A stretch of DNA of 64,000 nucleotides from Octopus sinensis. Lineage: Eukaryota. The stretch lies in NCBI RefSeq assembly GCF_006345805.1, contig NC_043023.1:2914001-2978000 (forward strand), written 5' to 3'. A program made the position numbers and the translations under genes. This document shows positions 11,317 to 23,308 of this stretch, piece by piece; within the stretch, counting starts at the first letter, position 1, and every line of letters begins with the position of its first letter. The notes beneath the pieces are model-generated. The model was not told the origin of the DNA and did not search any database. It saw only the letters and a list, made by a program, of their open reading frames with translations.

Positions 11317-11364
11317 TATTCCGATATTTGGATAGCAACATTTGGTGCCATTGCAAGGCACACG
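11317..11364 (+). CDS. Candidate internal exon (FRYLDSNIWCHCKAH)
   Basis: cag acceptor, g|gtacat donor, phase 1-1, compatible with 18375-18414. Confidence 0.22.
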
Positions 11365-11714
11365 GTACATTGACTGTTTTAAATGGGTATATACATGTGT
11401 TGCACGTGTGTTTGTGTGTGTGTATGTATGTGCACATGTACATATATGTGTGAGAATATATGTATATTCATGTGTGTGTGTGTGTGAGATTATAAATTCA
11501 CACACATATTTCTACACCTCTAGACATATTTATATAGAAATACACATATTCATATATATTTATATACATGTTTGCATATATAAATATATGTTTGTATATA
11601 AACATACTTACACACATAACCATATATATATATATACACACATATCTCTCTCTCTCTGCTCTCTCTCTCTCTCTCTCTCATTATATATATGTGTGTGTGT
11701 ATATATATATATAG

Positions 11715-12131
11715 TCTTTTACTTGTTTCAGTCATGTAACTGTGGCCATGCTGGAGCACCACCTTTAGTCAATCAAATCGACCCCTGGACTTATTCTTTG
11801 TAAGCCCAGTACTTATTCTATTGGTCTCTTTTGCCGAACTGCTGAGTGACGTGGACGTAAACACACCAGCATCAGTTGTCAAGCGATGTTGATGGGGACA
11901 AACACAGACACACAAACACACAGACACGCACACACACATACATAATACATATATATACATATATACGACAGACTTCTTTTAGTTTCCGTCTACCAAATCC
12001 ACTCACAAGGTTTTGGTCGGCCCAAGGCTATAGTAGAAGACACTTGCCCAAGGTGTCCCGCAGTGGGACTGAACCCAGAACCATGTGGTTGGTAAGCAAG
12101 ATACTTACCACACAGCCACTCCTACACCTAT
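11715..12131 (-). mobile_element. SINE-A
   Basis: Reverse complement of consensus. Confidence 0.9.
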
Positions 12132-12435
12132 TAGGCACATGGCTTAGTGGCTAGTTTGTTGCACTTACGATCTAGCAGTGGTAGGTTCAATCCCCAGACC
12201 AAGCAGCGTGTTTTGTTCTTCAGAAAAGCATTTCATTTTACATTTGTTCCAGTTCACTCACCTGTAAATAGGTGACTAAATGCGTTAACCTTCCTATCAG
12301 GGTGGGGGTGGATATTGGCCTGCTCACCTGGCCAGTGGGGTGGTATCATTCAAAAGCCAAAACAATACAAAGTGAATTGTGACCAGCAAGCCATAACAGC
12401 AGCCGATAGTTTGGTGAATCATATGGTCATGTGAT
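12132..12435 (+). mobile_element. tRNA-derived SINE family F
   Basis: Homologous to 2270-2562. Confidence 0.8.
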
Positions 12436-12436
12436 A

Positions 12437-12872
12437 CAGGCGTAGGAGTGGCTGTGTGGTAAGTAGCTTGCTTACCAGTTACATGGTTCCAGGTTCAGTC
12501 CCACTGCGTGGCATCTTGCGCAAGTGTCTTCTGCTACAGCCCCGGGCCGACCAATGCCTTGTGAGTGGATTTGGTAGACGGAAACTGAAAGAAGCCTGTC
12601 GTATATATGTATATATGAATGTATGTATATATATATGTATGTATGTATATATGTATGTGTGTGTATTTGTGTGTCTGTGTTTGTCCCCCTAGCATTGCTT
12701 GACAACCGATGCTGGTGTGTTTATGTCCCTGCCACTTAGCGGGTCGGCAAATAGAGACCGATAGAATAAGTACTGGGCTTACAAAGAATAAGTCCCGGGG
12801 TCGATTTGCTCGACTAAAGGCGGTGCTCCAGCATGGCCGCAGTCAAATGACTGAAACAAGTAAAAGTAAAAA
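12437..12872 (+). mobile_element. SINE-A
   Basis: Near-consensus copy. Confidence 0.9.
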
Positions 12873-12890
12873 AGAAAAATATATATATAT

Positions 12891-13062
12891 TCTTTTACTG
12901 GTTTCAGTTATTTGACTGTGGCCATGCTGCAGCACTGCCTCTAGTCGAACAAATTGACCCCAGGACTTATTCTTTGTAGGCTTAGTACTTATTGCTAAGT
13001 TATGGGGACATAAATGCACCAACATCGGTTGTCAAGCAATGGTGGGGTGAGGGACAAACAGA
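12891..13062 (-). mobile_element. SINE-A 3' half
   Basis: Tail/body only. Confidence 0.85.
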
Positions 13063-13424
13063 GATACATAGTCATACATACATACATATATATCAGCCGA
13101 ACCCACACCGCACCTGGGCTTTCCCCACTCTGGCCCCCCCTATTTCTCCACAACATCACTCCACACTACATTACATCATACAACATTACACATCACATCA
13201 CAACACACCACCCACACACCCCTCCCCACATCTTTACACCTACACATACATACACATATCACATCACAACACACCACCCACATCTCCACACCCATACGTC
13301 CAGACCACCAGCCCTCTTTCACACGCACATACATACTCTCTTATACAGACACGCACCTTTGTGTTGGGGCTACCTTCGTTTTGGAAGTCACTTGACCCTG
13401 TTATCTCCCCTACTGTCCTTCTAG

Positions 13425-13656
13425 CGTCTGACCTCTGCCCGAAGTCAGAACGCCATGATAGATCGTTAGCTCATACATGCATTTTTTCTCTCCTTGTTTC
13501 TCTCCGTGTTTCTTTTCTGTGTATCTTTCTGTCAAAGAGCGTAGGCTCGAAACGTAAAAGACTTGTTCTATTTCTATTCCTAACGTTATACTAATACAAT
13601 TGTTTGTTTGTACTCCACTTGCCTTCATCTTTTGTTTATTTTCGTAAACCTTCCCG

Positions 13657-13660
<4 letters not shown>
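13425..13660 (+). mobile_element. Penelope-like terminal repeat D1 with hammerhead-like motif
   Basis: tcttt-CTGTCAA-a-gagc-gtag-gctc-GAAAC-GTA-aaaga at 13524-13561. Confidence 0.65.
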
Positions 13661-13693
<33 letters not shown>

Positions 13694-13694
13694 C

Positions 13695-13829
13695 AATAGG
13701 ATTCTTTTAGTTTCCATCTACCAAATCCCCTCACAAGGCTTTGGTCGGGCCCAGGGTGCCATGGATTGAGACTGAAGCCAGAACTATGTGGTTGGGAAGC
13801 AAGCATCTTACCACTCAGCCACTCCTACA

Positions 13830-13833
<4 letters not shown>
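13695..13833 (-). mobile_element. SINE-A 5' half
   Basis: Head region only. Confidence 0.8.
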
Positions 13834-13875
<42 letters not shown>

Positions 13876-13931
13876 CTTATTTATATATTTATAGATATAC
13901 AAGTGTATCTATATTTATATATATATATATA

Positions 13932-14345
13932 TAGGCGCAGGAGTGGCTGTGTGGTAAGTAGCTTGCTAACCAACCACATGGTTCCGGGTTCAGTCCCACT
14001 GCATGGCATCTTGGGCAAGTGTCTTCTGCTATAGCCCCGGGCCGACCAATGCCTTGTGAGTGGATTTGGTAGACGGAAACTGAAAGAAGCCTGTCGTATA
14101 TGTGTATATATGTGTGTGTACGTGTTTGTGTGTCTGTGTTTGTTCCCCTAGCATTGCTTGACAACCAATGCTGGTGTGTTTACGTCCCCGTCACTTAGTG
14201 GTTCGGCAAAATAGACCGATAGAATAAGTACTAGGCTTACAAAGAATAAGTCCTGGGTTCAATTTCTTCAACTAAAAAAACCCTTTGAGACGATGCTCCA
14301 GCATGGCCACAGTCAAATGACTGAAACAAGTTAGAGAATAAAAGA
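13932..14345 (+). mobile_element. SINE-A
   Basis: Consensus match. Confidence 0.9.
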
Positions 14346-14665
14346 ATATAATAGGGTCCACACAATTTCAGTTTTTATCTACCAAATACACTGACAAAAT
14401 ACTTGCCCGAGGTGCCACAGACTGGAGTTGAACCTATAACCGGCTGATAGCAAAACGAGTTTGTTAACCATGTGCCTATGTTTTCATTTATATTTCCTTT
14501 TTTTCTTCTTTACAAATCAGTTATTGTTTGTCCATATCTTAAATAGAAAACTCCGGAAATGTTTCTATATTTGAAAAGATTTGTAGTGAAATATGGTGTC
14601 TGTGAAATGGAAATTAAATCATGTCTAGATTTGTGTGAAAGAATTCTGAAAATTCCGTTACTTAC

Positions 14666-14694
14666 AAATTATGGATTTTTCACATGTCTGCTTG
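14666..14694 (-). CDS. Candidate 29-nt microexon (KQTCEKSII)
   Basis: Pyrimidine tract + tttccag acceptor, gtaagt donor; phase-1 end matches 10310-10458. Confidence 0.22.
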
Positions 14695-14750
14695 CTGGAA
14701 ATATTTGCCAAAAAGAAAATATTCCATCTTAGTCAACCTTCTACATATAT

Positions 14751-15145
14751 ACTCTCTTTTATTCTTTTACCTGATTCAGTCATTTGACTGCGGCCATGCT
14801 GGAGCACCGCCTTTAGTCGAGCAAATCAACCCTAGGACTTATTCTTTGTAAGCCGAGTACTTATTCTATCGGTCTCTTTTGGCGAACTGCTAAGTTACAG
14901 GGATGTAAACATACCAACATCAGTTTCAAGTGAAGGTGGGTGACAAAAACAGACACACAAATATAAACATATATATATATGATGGGCTTCTTTCAGTTTC
15001 CGTCTATCAAATCCACTCACAAGGCTTTGGTCAGCCTGAGGCTACAGTAGAAGATGCTTGCACAAGGTGCCACGCAGTGGGACTGAACCCAGAACCATGT
15101 GGTTGGTAAGCAAACTGCATAGCACATAGCCACTCCAGCACCTAT
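14751..15145 (-). mobile_element. SINE-A
   Basis: Reverse complement of consensus. Confidence 0.9.
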
Positions 15146-15536
15146 ATCTGATGGGATGGTCACATCTTTGATCACAGGTCTGTCTGAATCCGGATTGACT
15201 TTCAGCTAAAGACAACAATAATGGCTATAGTCAATAATACCAACTATTATAATATACATTAGATAATGTAGTCCTAGATACACCATGTCTGAATATAAGA
15301 TGGGAAGGCCACAGCAGGAACATCTTTGATCATTGGTCTGTTGGATGAAGAATTACCTAAGGTTAAAGAGTGACAACTCTTGTTAATAACATTAACGGAT
15401 GTAAATTACATCAAACATTGTGTAGAGTCTTATTGCTTGAAATTCAGATCAAGAGAGCTCTGTTGGTGGCAGAAAAATGACTGTGTAAGAGGATAGGGGA
15501 TCAGATTAGGTAGTTTAGTGAGAAAATACGAATATA

Positions 15537-15941
15537 TAGGCGTAGGAGTGGCTGTGTGGTAAGTAACTTGAAGGAGGCGAGCTGGCAGAACCGTTAGCAC
15601 ACTGGGTGAAATGCTTAGCCGTATTTCGTCTGCCGTTATGTTCTGAGTTCAAATTCTGCCGAAGTCGACTGTGCCTTTCATCCTTTTGGGGTCGATAAAT
15701 TAAGTACCAGTTAATCACGGGTCGATGTAATCGACTTAATCCGTTTGTCTGTTCTTGTTTGTCCCCTCTATGTTTAGCCCCTTGTGGGTAATAAAGAAAG
15801 AAAGTAGCTTGCTTATGAACTACATGGGTCCAGGTTCAGTCCCACTGCATGGCACCTTGGACAAGTGTCTGCTACTATAGCCTCGGGCTGACCAAAGCCT
15901 TGTGAGTGGATTTGGTAGACAAAAACTGAAAGGACCCCGTC

Positions 15942-16033
<92 letters not shown>

Positions 16034-16235
16034 GTGTGTCTGTGTCTGTCCCCCCAACATCACTGGACAACCAATGGTGGTGTGTTCACATCTCCATAAC
16101 TTAGTGGTTTGGCAAAAGATATCAATAGAATAAGTACTAGGCTTACATAGAATAAGTCCTGGGGTCGATTTGCTCGACTAAAGGCGGTGTTCCAGCATGG
16201 CCACAGTCAAATGACTGAAACAAGTAAAAGAGTAT
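15537..16235 (+). mobile_element. SINE-A interrupted in its head by SINE-B
   Basis: Head stops at 15570 and resumes at 15802; duplicated aagta(a/g)cttg flanks the insert. Confidence 0.9.
15571..15801 (+). mobile_element. SINE-B (tRNA head, gtcgac..cctttcatcc body, gtaaagaaa tail)
   Basis: gagctggcagaa..ctgagttcaaatt B box; homologues at 17621, 21100 and 50706. Confidence 0.85.
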
Positions 16236-16404
16236 AAAGGACCAAGAGTTATCAAGTTATTAACATATTTATGCTTTTTGGAATATAATATAATACTATA
16301 AAATATTCAATTGTATTTCACAATTATCTAAATATTTGTAAGCATATCAATTGAATATTCAGCCAAGAAAAATTTGCAAACAGGTTATGTAATGTAATCA
16401 TGTG

Positions 16405-16686
16405 ACCGACCAGGCTATCAGATGTTGTTACACATCGCTGGTCACAATGCGCTTCACATTTTTTAACCTTCAGATGACACCACCCCGCTGGCTAAGCGAG
16501 CAGGCCAACAGAAGAAAGAGTCAGAGAAATTTGTGGTGAAAGAGTATAGCAGGGGTCGCCACCACCCCCTGTCGGAGCCTCGTGGAGCTCAATAAACACA
16601 CTCAACTCCCGGTCTGGGAATCGAAACCGCGATCCTCCGACCGTGAGTCCGCTGCCTTAACCACTGGGCCATTGCGCTTCCACATG
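16405..16686 (-). mobile_element. tRNA-derived SINE family G (mosaic of H head and F tail)
   Basis: tggcccagtgg A box, gtttcgattcc B box. Confidence 0.8.
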
Positions 16687-17034
16687 TAATAGCATACAAG
16701 AAATACTTTTGTACTAGATATTAAATAACATAGTCTCAGATACATAATGTCTGAAGAGATGGTATCATGGTCTGAATTGAAACATCTTTGATCATAGGTC
16801 TGCTGGGTGAGGCTTGACTTGAGGCTAAAGATTAGCTACTATGGCCAACAGCATTAAAATTGTACAATACATCAAAATAATATATAGTGATGTTAAAATC
16901 TTATGGCTTAAAATTAAGAAGAGAGCTCTGTTGGTGGCAGAAAAATGATTGTCAGAGAGATAAGTAATCAGGTAACGTAGTTTAGTGAGAAAATACAAAT
17001 TGGAAGGACACAGAGTTATCACATTATTAACATA

Positions 17035-17439
17035 TAGGCGCAGGAGTGGCTGTGTGGTAAGTAGCTTGCTAACCAACCACATGGTTCCGGGTTCAGTCCC
17101 ACTGCGTGGCATCTTGGGCAAGTGTCTTCTGCTATAGCCCCGGGCCGACCAATGCCTTGTGAGTGGATTTGGTAGACGGAAACTGAAAGAAGCCTGTCGT
17201 ATATATGTATATGTATATATATGTGTGTGTTTGTGTGTCTGTGTTTGTCCTGCTAGCATTGCTTGACAGCTGATGCTGGTGTGTTTACGTCCCCGTCGCT
17301 TAGCGGTTCGGCATAAGAGACCGATAGAATAAGTACTGGGCTTACAAAGAATAAGTCCCGGGGTCGATTTGCTCGACTAAAGGCGGTGCTCCAGCATGGC
17401 CGCAGTCAAATGACTGAAACAAGTAAAAGAGTAAAAGAG
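17035..17439 (+). mobile_element. SINE-A, near consensus
   Basis: Consensus match; empty site visible at ~18112. Confidence 0.9.
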
Positions 17440-17620
17440 TATATTTATGCATTTTGGAATATAATAAAATGCGATACAATTATCTAAATATTTGTAAGCA
17501 TATCAATGGAATATTCTGCCAAGAAAAATTTGCAAACAGGTTATGTTATGTGATAGCATACAAGAAGTACTCTAGTACTAAATATTAAATAATGTAGTCT
17601 CAGATACATAATGTCTGAAG

Positions 17621-17842
17621 AGATGGCAGAAACGTTAGCACGCCAGACGAAATGCCTAACCATATTTCGTCTGCTGCTACGTTCTGAGTTCAAATTCCGC
17701 TGAGGTCGACTTTGACTTTCATCCTTTCGGGGTCGATTAAATAAGTACCAGTTGCACACTGGGGTCGATATAATTGACTTAATCCGTTTGTCCTTGTTTG
17801 TCCTCTCTGTGTTTAGCCCCTTGTGGGCAGTAAAGAAATAGG
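17621..17842 (+). mobile_element. SINE-B
   Basis: Homologous to 15571-15801. Confidence 0.85.
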
Positions 17843-18374
17843 TGCAATGGTCTGAATTGAAACATCTTTGATCATAGGTCTGCTGGGTGAGGCTTGACTT
17901 GAGGCTAGAGATTAGCTACTATGGCCAACAGCATTAAAATTGTACAATACATCAAAATAATATATAGTGATGTTAAAATCTTATGGCTTAAAATTAAGAA
18001 GAGAGCTCTGTTGGTGGCAGAAAAATGATCGTCAGAGAGATAAGTAATTAGGTAACGTAGTTTAGTGAGAAAATACAAATTTGAAGGACACGGAGTTATC
18101 ACATTATTAATATATTTATGCATTTTGGAATTAACTAAAATACAATAAAATATTCAAGAGCATTTTACAATTATTGAAATATTAAACTATTAAAATGTAC
18201 AAAAACATATCAATGCAATATTGAGAAGAGAAGAATTTGCTAGTGTAATGTCATGTCGTTGTAATGTAATAGTGTACGAGAAATAATCTTGTTAACGCTG
18301 AGATAAGATGTGTGTGAATACCAAATGATAAACACTTTATATTCTCCAAGAAGAAAATTCTTTGTCTATTAAAG

Positions 18375-18414
18375 GTGATCGAGTGTTGTTAGAAAAGAAA
18401 TTATGTCAGTTTAA
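18375..18414 (+). CDS. Candidate internal exon (GDRVLLEKKLCQF)
   Basis: tttgtctattaaag acceptor, aa|gtgagt donor, 40 nt open, phase 1-2. Confidence 0.33.
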
Positions 18415-18659
18415 GTGAGTTTGAAGATGGAAATATAAAAAGAAATATGGAAAAAAAAATGCACGAAAAAAATCAAACAAGAAAGAATATTGTGGATATA
18501 ATTGAAAGTACAATTCTTAGAGTGCAAAGAAGTTAGCTTCTATGATTCTAAGGAAAAGCAAAAACACACATCCAGGGAATTGGAATGAAATGGAATTGGT
18601 AATAGTGTAAATTAAATTATAACCATTTTTTAGAGACATATTTTTGGTATAGTAAAAAT

Positions 18660-19340
18660 ATCTATCTTTATATGTGTATATGTGTGTGTAGGTATATGTA
18701 TGACTATGTGGATGTATATGGATATATATGTATATATGTATGTGTATGTCTATAAATAAATATATATGTATGTACCGATGTATATGTATAAAGACACACA
18801 AATACATGTGTACATACATACATATGTATGTATAGATATGTGTGTGTGTATATATATATATATGTATGTATATATGTATAAATGTGTATATATGTGTGTG
18901 TGGATATATATGTATATATATATATATGTGTGTGTGTGTGTATGTATATATGTGTGTATATATATATGTCTGTGTGTGTGTGCATGCGTGAGTGTGTATA
19001 AATATGTCTGTGTGTATATATATATTTATATATATTTATGAGTATATGAGTCTTTCTGTACATATGATTTTATGTATTTACAGTTTAATAAATATATTTA
19101 TGAATGTATGTATCTATCTATTTATACACACACACACACACAATTATATATAAATATCCATCCATGTTTGTGTCTATATTTTGGGATATGTATTTATGGT
19201 TTAGCAAATATGTTTACGTATAAATATATCCATGTATATATATGTGTATGTGGCTGTGTGTATGTGTATATGTGGTTTAACAAACACATTAATGTATGTG
19301 TGTGTATATGTATATCTCTCTCATTCGTTCTGTGCATGTA
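18660..19340. repeat. TA/TG degenerate microsatellite field
   Basis: Direct. Confidence 0.9.
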
Positions 19341-19426
19341 TTTCTGGTGCAACAAAAAAAATGAATGTGTGTGTTTGTCTATATGACTGTGCATATTCAT
19401 GGACTGACAAATAAATTTTATGTATA

Positions 19427-19851
19427 CTCTCTCTTTTTTACTCTTTTACTCCTTTCAGTCATTTGACTGCGGCCATGCTGGAGCACCACCTTTAATCGAG
19501 CAACTTGACCCCGGGACTTATTCTTTTGTAAGCCTAGTACTTATTCTATCGGTCTCTTTTACCGAACTGCTAAGTAACAGGAACATAAACACACCAGCAT
19601 CGGTTGTCAAGCGATGATGGGGGGACAAACACAGACACAAACACACACACACGCATATATATATATATATGTATATATACATTATACGACGGGCTTCTTT
19701 CAGTTTCCGTCTACCAAATCCACTCACAAGGCATTGGTTGGCCCGAGGCTATAGTAGAAAACACTTGCCCAAGGTGCCACGCAGTGGGACTGAACCCGGA
19801 ACCATGTGGTTTGTAAATAAGCCACTTACCACACAGCCACTCCTGCGCCTA
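19427..19851 (-). mobile_element. SINE-A
   Basis: Reverse complement of consensus. Confidence 0.9.
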
Positions 19852-19871
19852 TGTATACATACATAATATAT

Positions 19872-20012
19872 ATTTTTCTGTGTATCTTTCTGTCGAAGAG
19901 CGTAGGCTCGAAACGTAAAATACTTTTTCTATTTCTATTCCTGAGCGCTATACTAATATATTTGTTTGTTTGTATTCCACCTGCCTTCGTCTTTTGTTAT
20001 TTTCGTAAACCT
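19872..20012 (+). mobile_element. Penelope-like terminal repeat D1
   Basis: CTGTCGA-a-gagc-gtag-gctc-GAAAC-GTA at 19890-19917. Confidence 0.65.
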
Positions 20013-20033
20013 TCCCGTTATATATATATATAT

Positions 20034-20080
<47 letters not shown>

Positions 20081-20091
20081 GCATTTGTATA

Positions 20092-20422
20092 TAGGCGCAC
20101 GTATGGCTGTGTGGTAAGAAGCTTGCTTACCAACCACATGGTTCCAGGTTCCTTAGGCAACGTATCTTCTACTATAGCGTCAGGCTGACCAAAGCCTTGT
20201 GAGTGAATTTGGTAGATGGAAACTGAAGAAGCCTTTCGTTTATATATATATGTATGTTTGTGTGTGTGTGTGTGTGTTTGTCCTCCCAATATCACTTGAC
20301 ATCTGATGCTGGTGTGTACTAGGCTTACAAAGAATAAGTCCTGGGATTGATTTGCTCGAGTAAAGGCGGTGCTCCAGCATGGCCACAGTCAAATGACTGA
20401 AACAAGTAAAAGAATAAAAGAA
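20092..20422 (+). mobile_element. SINE-A with internal deletions
   Basis: Consensus fragments in order. Confidence 0.85.
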
Positions 20423-20977
20423 GAAAATAATATGTAAATCTGTGTTTATATGTGTGTGTATATGTGTGCAATCATGCATGTATGTCTCTTATACATGCAA
20501 ATACATATAGGTAAATAAAGACATGCATATTATATGTGTATTTATATAAAATAGCCACGTGTATATAAACACACATTTGTTTTTTTATATACATGGAGAG
20601 AGAGCAAACTTTATAGGTTATCTATCAAAATATTTACTTTTTACCTGTCTGCCTACCTATCTAACTATCTAATTATTTGTGTCTGTCTCTCTGTCTAGCT
20701 ATCCATTTATCTACTGGTCTATTCCTCTATCTATCTGCCTGTCTGTCTATATCTGTCCATCTGTCTGTCTCTCTATATATCTATCTGTCTGTCTATATAT
20801 CTGTCTGTATATCTGTCCATCCATCCATTTCGATTTATTGAGTGATTCATTCCCTCACTCAGTGATTGCTTGATAGATTGATTGAAAGAGAGAGAGAAAG
20901 GAAGATAGTCTTGCGTAATATGTACATATACATGTGCCTATGCGTGTGTGCGTGCATGCATATATGTGTGTCTGTGA

Positions 20978-21029
<52 letters not shown>

Positions 21030-21063
21030 AAACACACACTCATACATATATATATATAAACCA

Positions 21064-21390
21064 CAGGCATGGTTGTGTGGTAAGAAGTTATATTCCCGCG
21101 GTGAGCTGGCAGAATCGTTAGCACACCAGGCGAAATGCTTAGTGGTATTTCTGAGTTCAAATTCCGCCTAGGTCGACTTTGCCTTTCATCCTTTCGGGGT
21201 CGATAAATTAAGTACCAGTTATGCACTGGGGTCGATCTAATCAACTTAATCCCTTTGTCTGTCCTTGTTTAGCCCCTTGTGGGTAGTAAAGAAATAAGAA
21301 GTTTGCTACCCAACCACATGGTCCCAGGTTCAGTTCCACTGATTGACACTTCAGGCTAATGTTTGCTGGAAACTGAAAAGAAGCCTGCTC
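21064..21390 (+). mobile_element. Truncated SINE-A with SINE-B (21100-21295) nested in its head
   Basis: Duplicated aagaagtt at 21082 and 21296. Confidence 0.8.
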
Positions 21391-21409
21391 TGTGTGTGTG
21401 TGTGCATAG

Positions 21410-21795
21410 GCATGTCTGTGTGGTAACAAGCTTGCTTCTCAACCACATGGTTCTAGGTTTCAGTCCCACTGCATGGCACTTTGGACAAGTGTCTTCTACT
21501 CTCGCCTTGGGCCAATCAAGGCCTTGTGAGTGGATTTGGTAGATGGAAACTGAAAAAGGCTTCTTGTTTATATGTATATGTATATATCTGTATGTGTGTA
21601 TTTGTGTCTTTGTTTGTCCCCCCTATCACCACTTGACAACCATGTTGCTGTGTTTATGCCCCTGTAAATTAGTGGTTCAGCAAAAGCCACTGATAAAATA
21701 AGTACTAGGCTTAAGAAATAATCGATTTGTTTAACTAAAACCCTTCGAGGCAGTGCTCCAGCATGGCCGCAATCAAATGACTATAAAAGAATAAA
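21410..21795 (+). mobile_element. SINE-A, diverged
   Basis: Consensus match. Confidence 0.85.
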
Positions 21796-21829
21796 ACAGT
21801 AAGGCTATAAATCAAAAGTAAAATAATAA

Positions 21830-22552
21830 AACAAGAACACTCAGAGAGTGCAAACCTCCACCAAGGCAACACTAAAGCCCCCTCAATGATTAACCAGAGA
21901 TGATTTTTAAAATGAGAATATCTGAAATAAACTTGATTGCTCTCACAAACGAGAATACTAAAAATGAATGTCACTGCTCTCAAAAATTAAGTAAAAATAT
22001 AGGAAATTCTCGTTTGGTATCAGCTCAATCTCAAAATCTAATCACTTTATGCCTGTCATGAGCCCAAACATCCCTAAAAATTTCATCCAAATCCATCCAA
22101 CGGTTCTCGAGATATCTTGTCCATGGACAGACCAACAAACACAGCTGAAAACAATACCTCTGACTTCACTAAGGCGGAGGTAATAATAATATATAACAAG
22201 AGCACTTGAAGAGTGCAAACCTCTGCCAAGGCAACACCAACTTCCTCTCAATGATTAGCCAGAGATCATTTTTAAAATAAGAATATCTGAAATAAACTCG
22301 ATTGCTTTCACAAACAAGAATACTAAAAATGAACCTAACCACTCTTAAAAAAACAGGAAAAACAATCCCGAATGTTTGTCCGGTACCTGATTGATCCAAA
22401 AATCTAATCAGTTTTTGCCAGTCACAAGGCCAAACATCCCTGAAAGTTTCATCTGAATCCATCCAGCAGTTCTTAAGATATTTTGTCCACAGACAAACAA
22501 ATGTGACTGAAAACAATACCTCTGCCTTAGCGAAGGCAGAGGTAATATATAC
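21830..22552 (+). mobile_element. Head-to-tail dimer of a Helentron-associated (HINE/DINE-like) non-autonomous element
   Basis: Units ~21830-22190 and 22195-22552; 5' acaagagcact..aaacctc(c/t)gccaagg; 3' hairpin tacctc.g.ctt..c.aaggc(g/a)gaggta; third copy 45576-45935. Confidence 0.6.
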
Positions 22553-22567
22553 ATATATACTTATATG

Positions 22568-22730
22568 TAGGTGAAGGTATGGCTCTGTGGTAAGAAGCTT
22601 GCTTCCCAACCACATAGTTCCAGGTTCAGTCCCACTGCATGGCACCTTGTGCAAGTGTCTTTTATTATAGCCTCAGGCTGACCAAAGCCTTGTGTGGATT
22701 TGTTAAACGAAACTGAAAGAAGACTGTCGT
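22568..22730 (+). mobile_element. SINE-A 5' half
   Basis: Head region. Confidence 0.8.
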
Positions 22731-22737
22731 GTATGTG

Positions 22738-22916
22738 TACCGTTGGCGATTTTTTTTCCTCTGTCTTCCCTTCTCTGGATCTTTCCTTCTATGTTTCCAA
22801 CGAAGAGCTCCACTCGAAACGTAAAACCCTCCTTCTTTCCTGAGCGTCCAGTAATACTATATTTGTTCCACGTCCTCGCGTTGTTGTGTTTTCTCTTTGT
22901 GTTTTCAGGTTTGGAT

Positions 22917-22922
<6 letters not shown>
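22738..22922 (+). mobile_element. Penelope-like terminal repeat D2
   Basis: cga-a-gagc-tcc-actc-GAAAC-GTA-aaac; homologue at 46648-46848. Confidence 0.65.
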
Positions 22923-22951
<29 letters not shown>

Positions 22952-23002
22952 ATATGTGTGTCACCAAACCTCAAACATTTTAAGAAAGGTAATATTTCCG
23001 CA

Positions 23003-23308
23003 TGTGGAGGCATATGGCCTAGTGGTTAGAGCAGCGGACTTGCAGTCAAGGGATCGTGGGTTCAAATCTCAGACCAGGTGATGTGTGTGTTTATGAGTGA
23101 AACACCTAAGCTCCACGCGGCTCCGGCAGAAGGTAATAGTGAACTTCTACTGACTCTTTCGCCACAACTTTCTCTCACTCTTTCCTCCTGCATCTCGCAG
23201 CTCACCTGCGACGGACCAGTGTCCCATCCAGGTGGGGAACCTATATGCCAAAGAAACTGGGAAACCAGCCCTTATGAGCCAGGTATAGCTTGAGAAGGAA
23301 CAAACAAT
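23003..23308 (+). mobile_element. tRNA-derived SINE family H
   Basis: tggcctagtgg A box, gggttcaaatc B box; head and middle shared with 16405-16686. Confidence 0.8.

Larger units (their letters stand above)
16262..18330 (+). repeat. Local tandem triplication of a ~500-bp unit, each copy with different SINE insertions
   Basis: 16790-17033 nearly identical to 17848-18112; atatttatgc..ttttggaat recurs at ~16265, 17441 and 18113. Confidence 0.85.
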
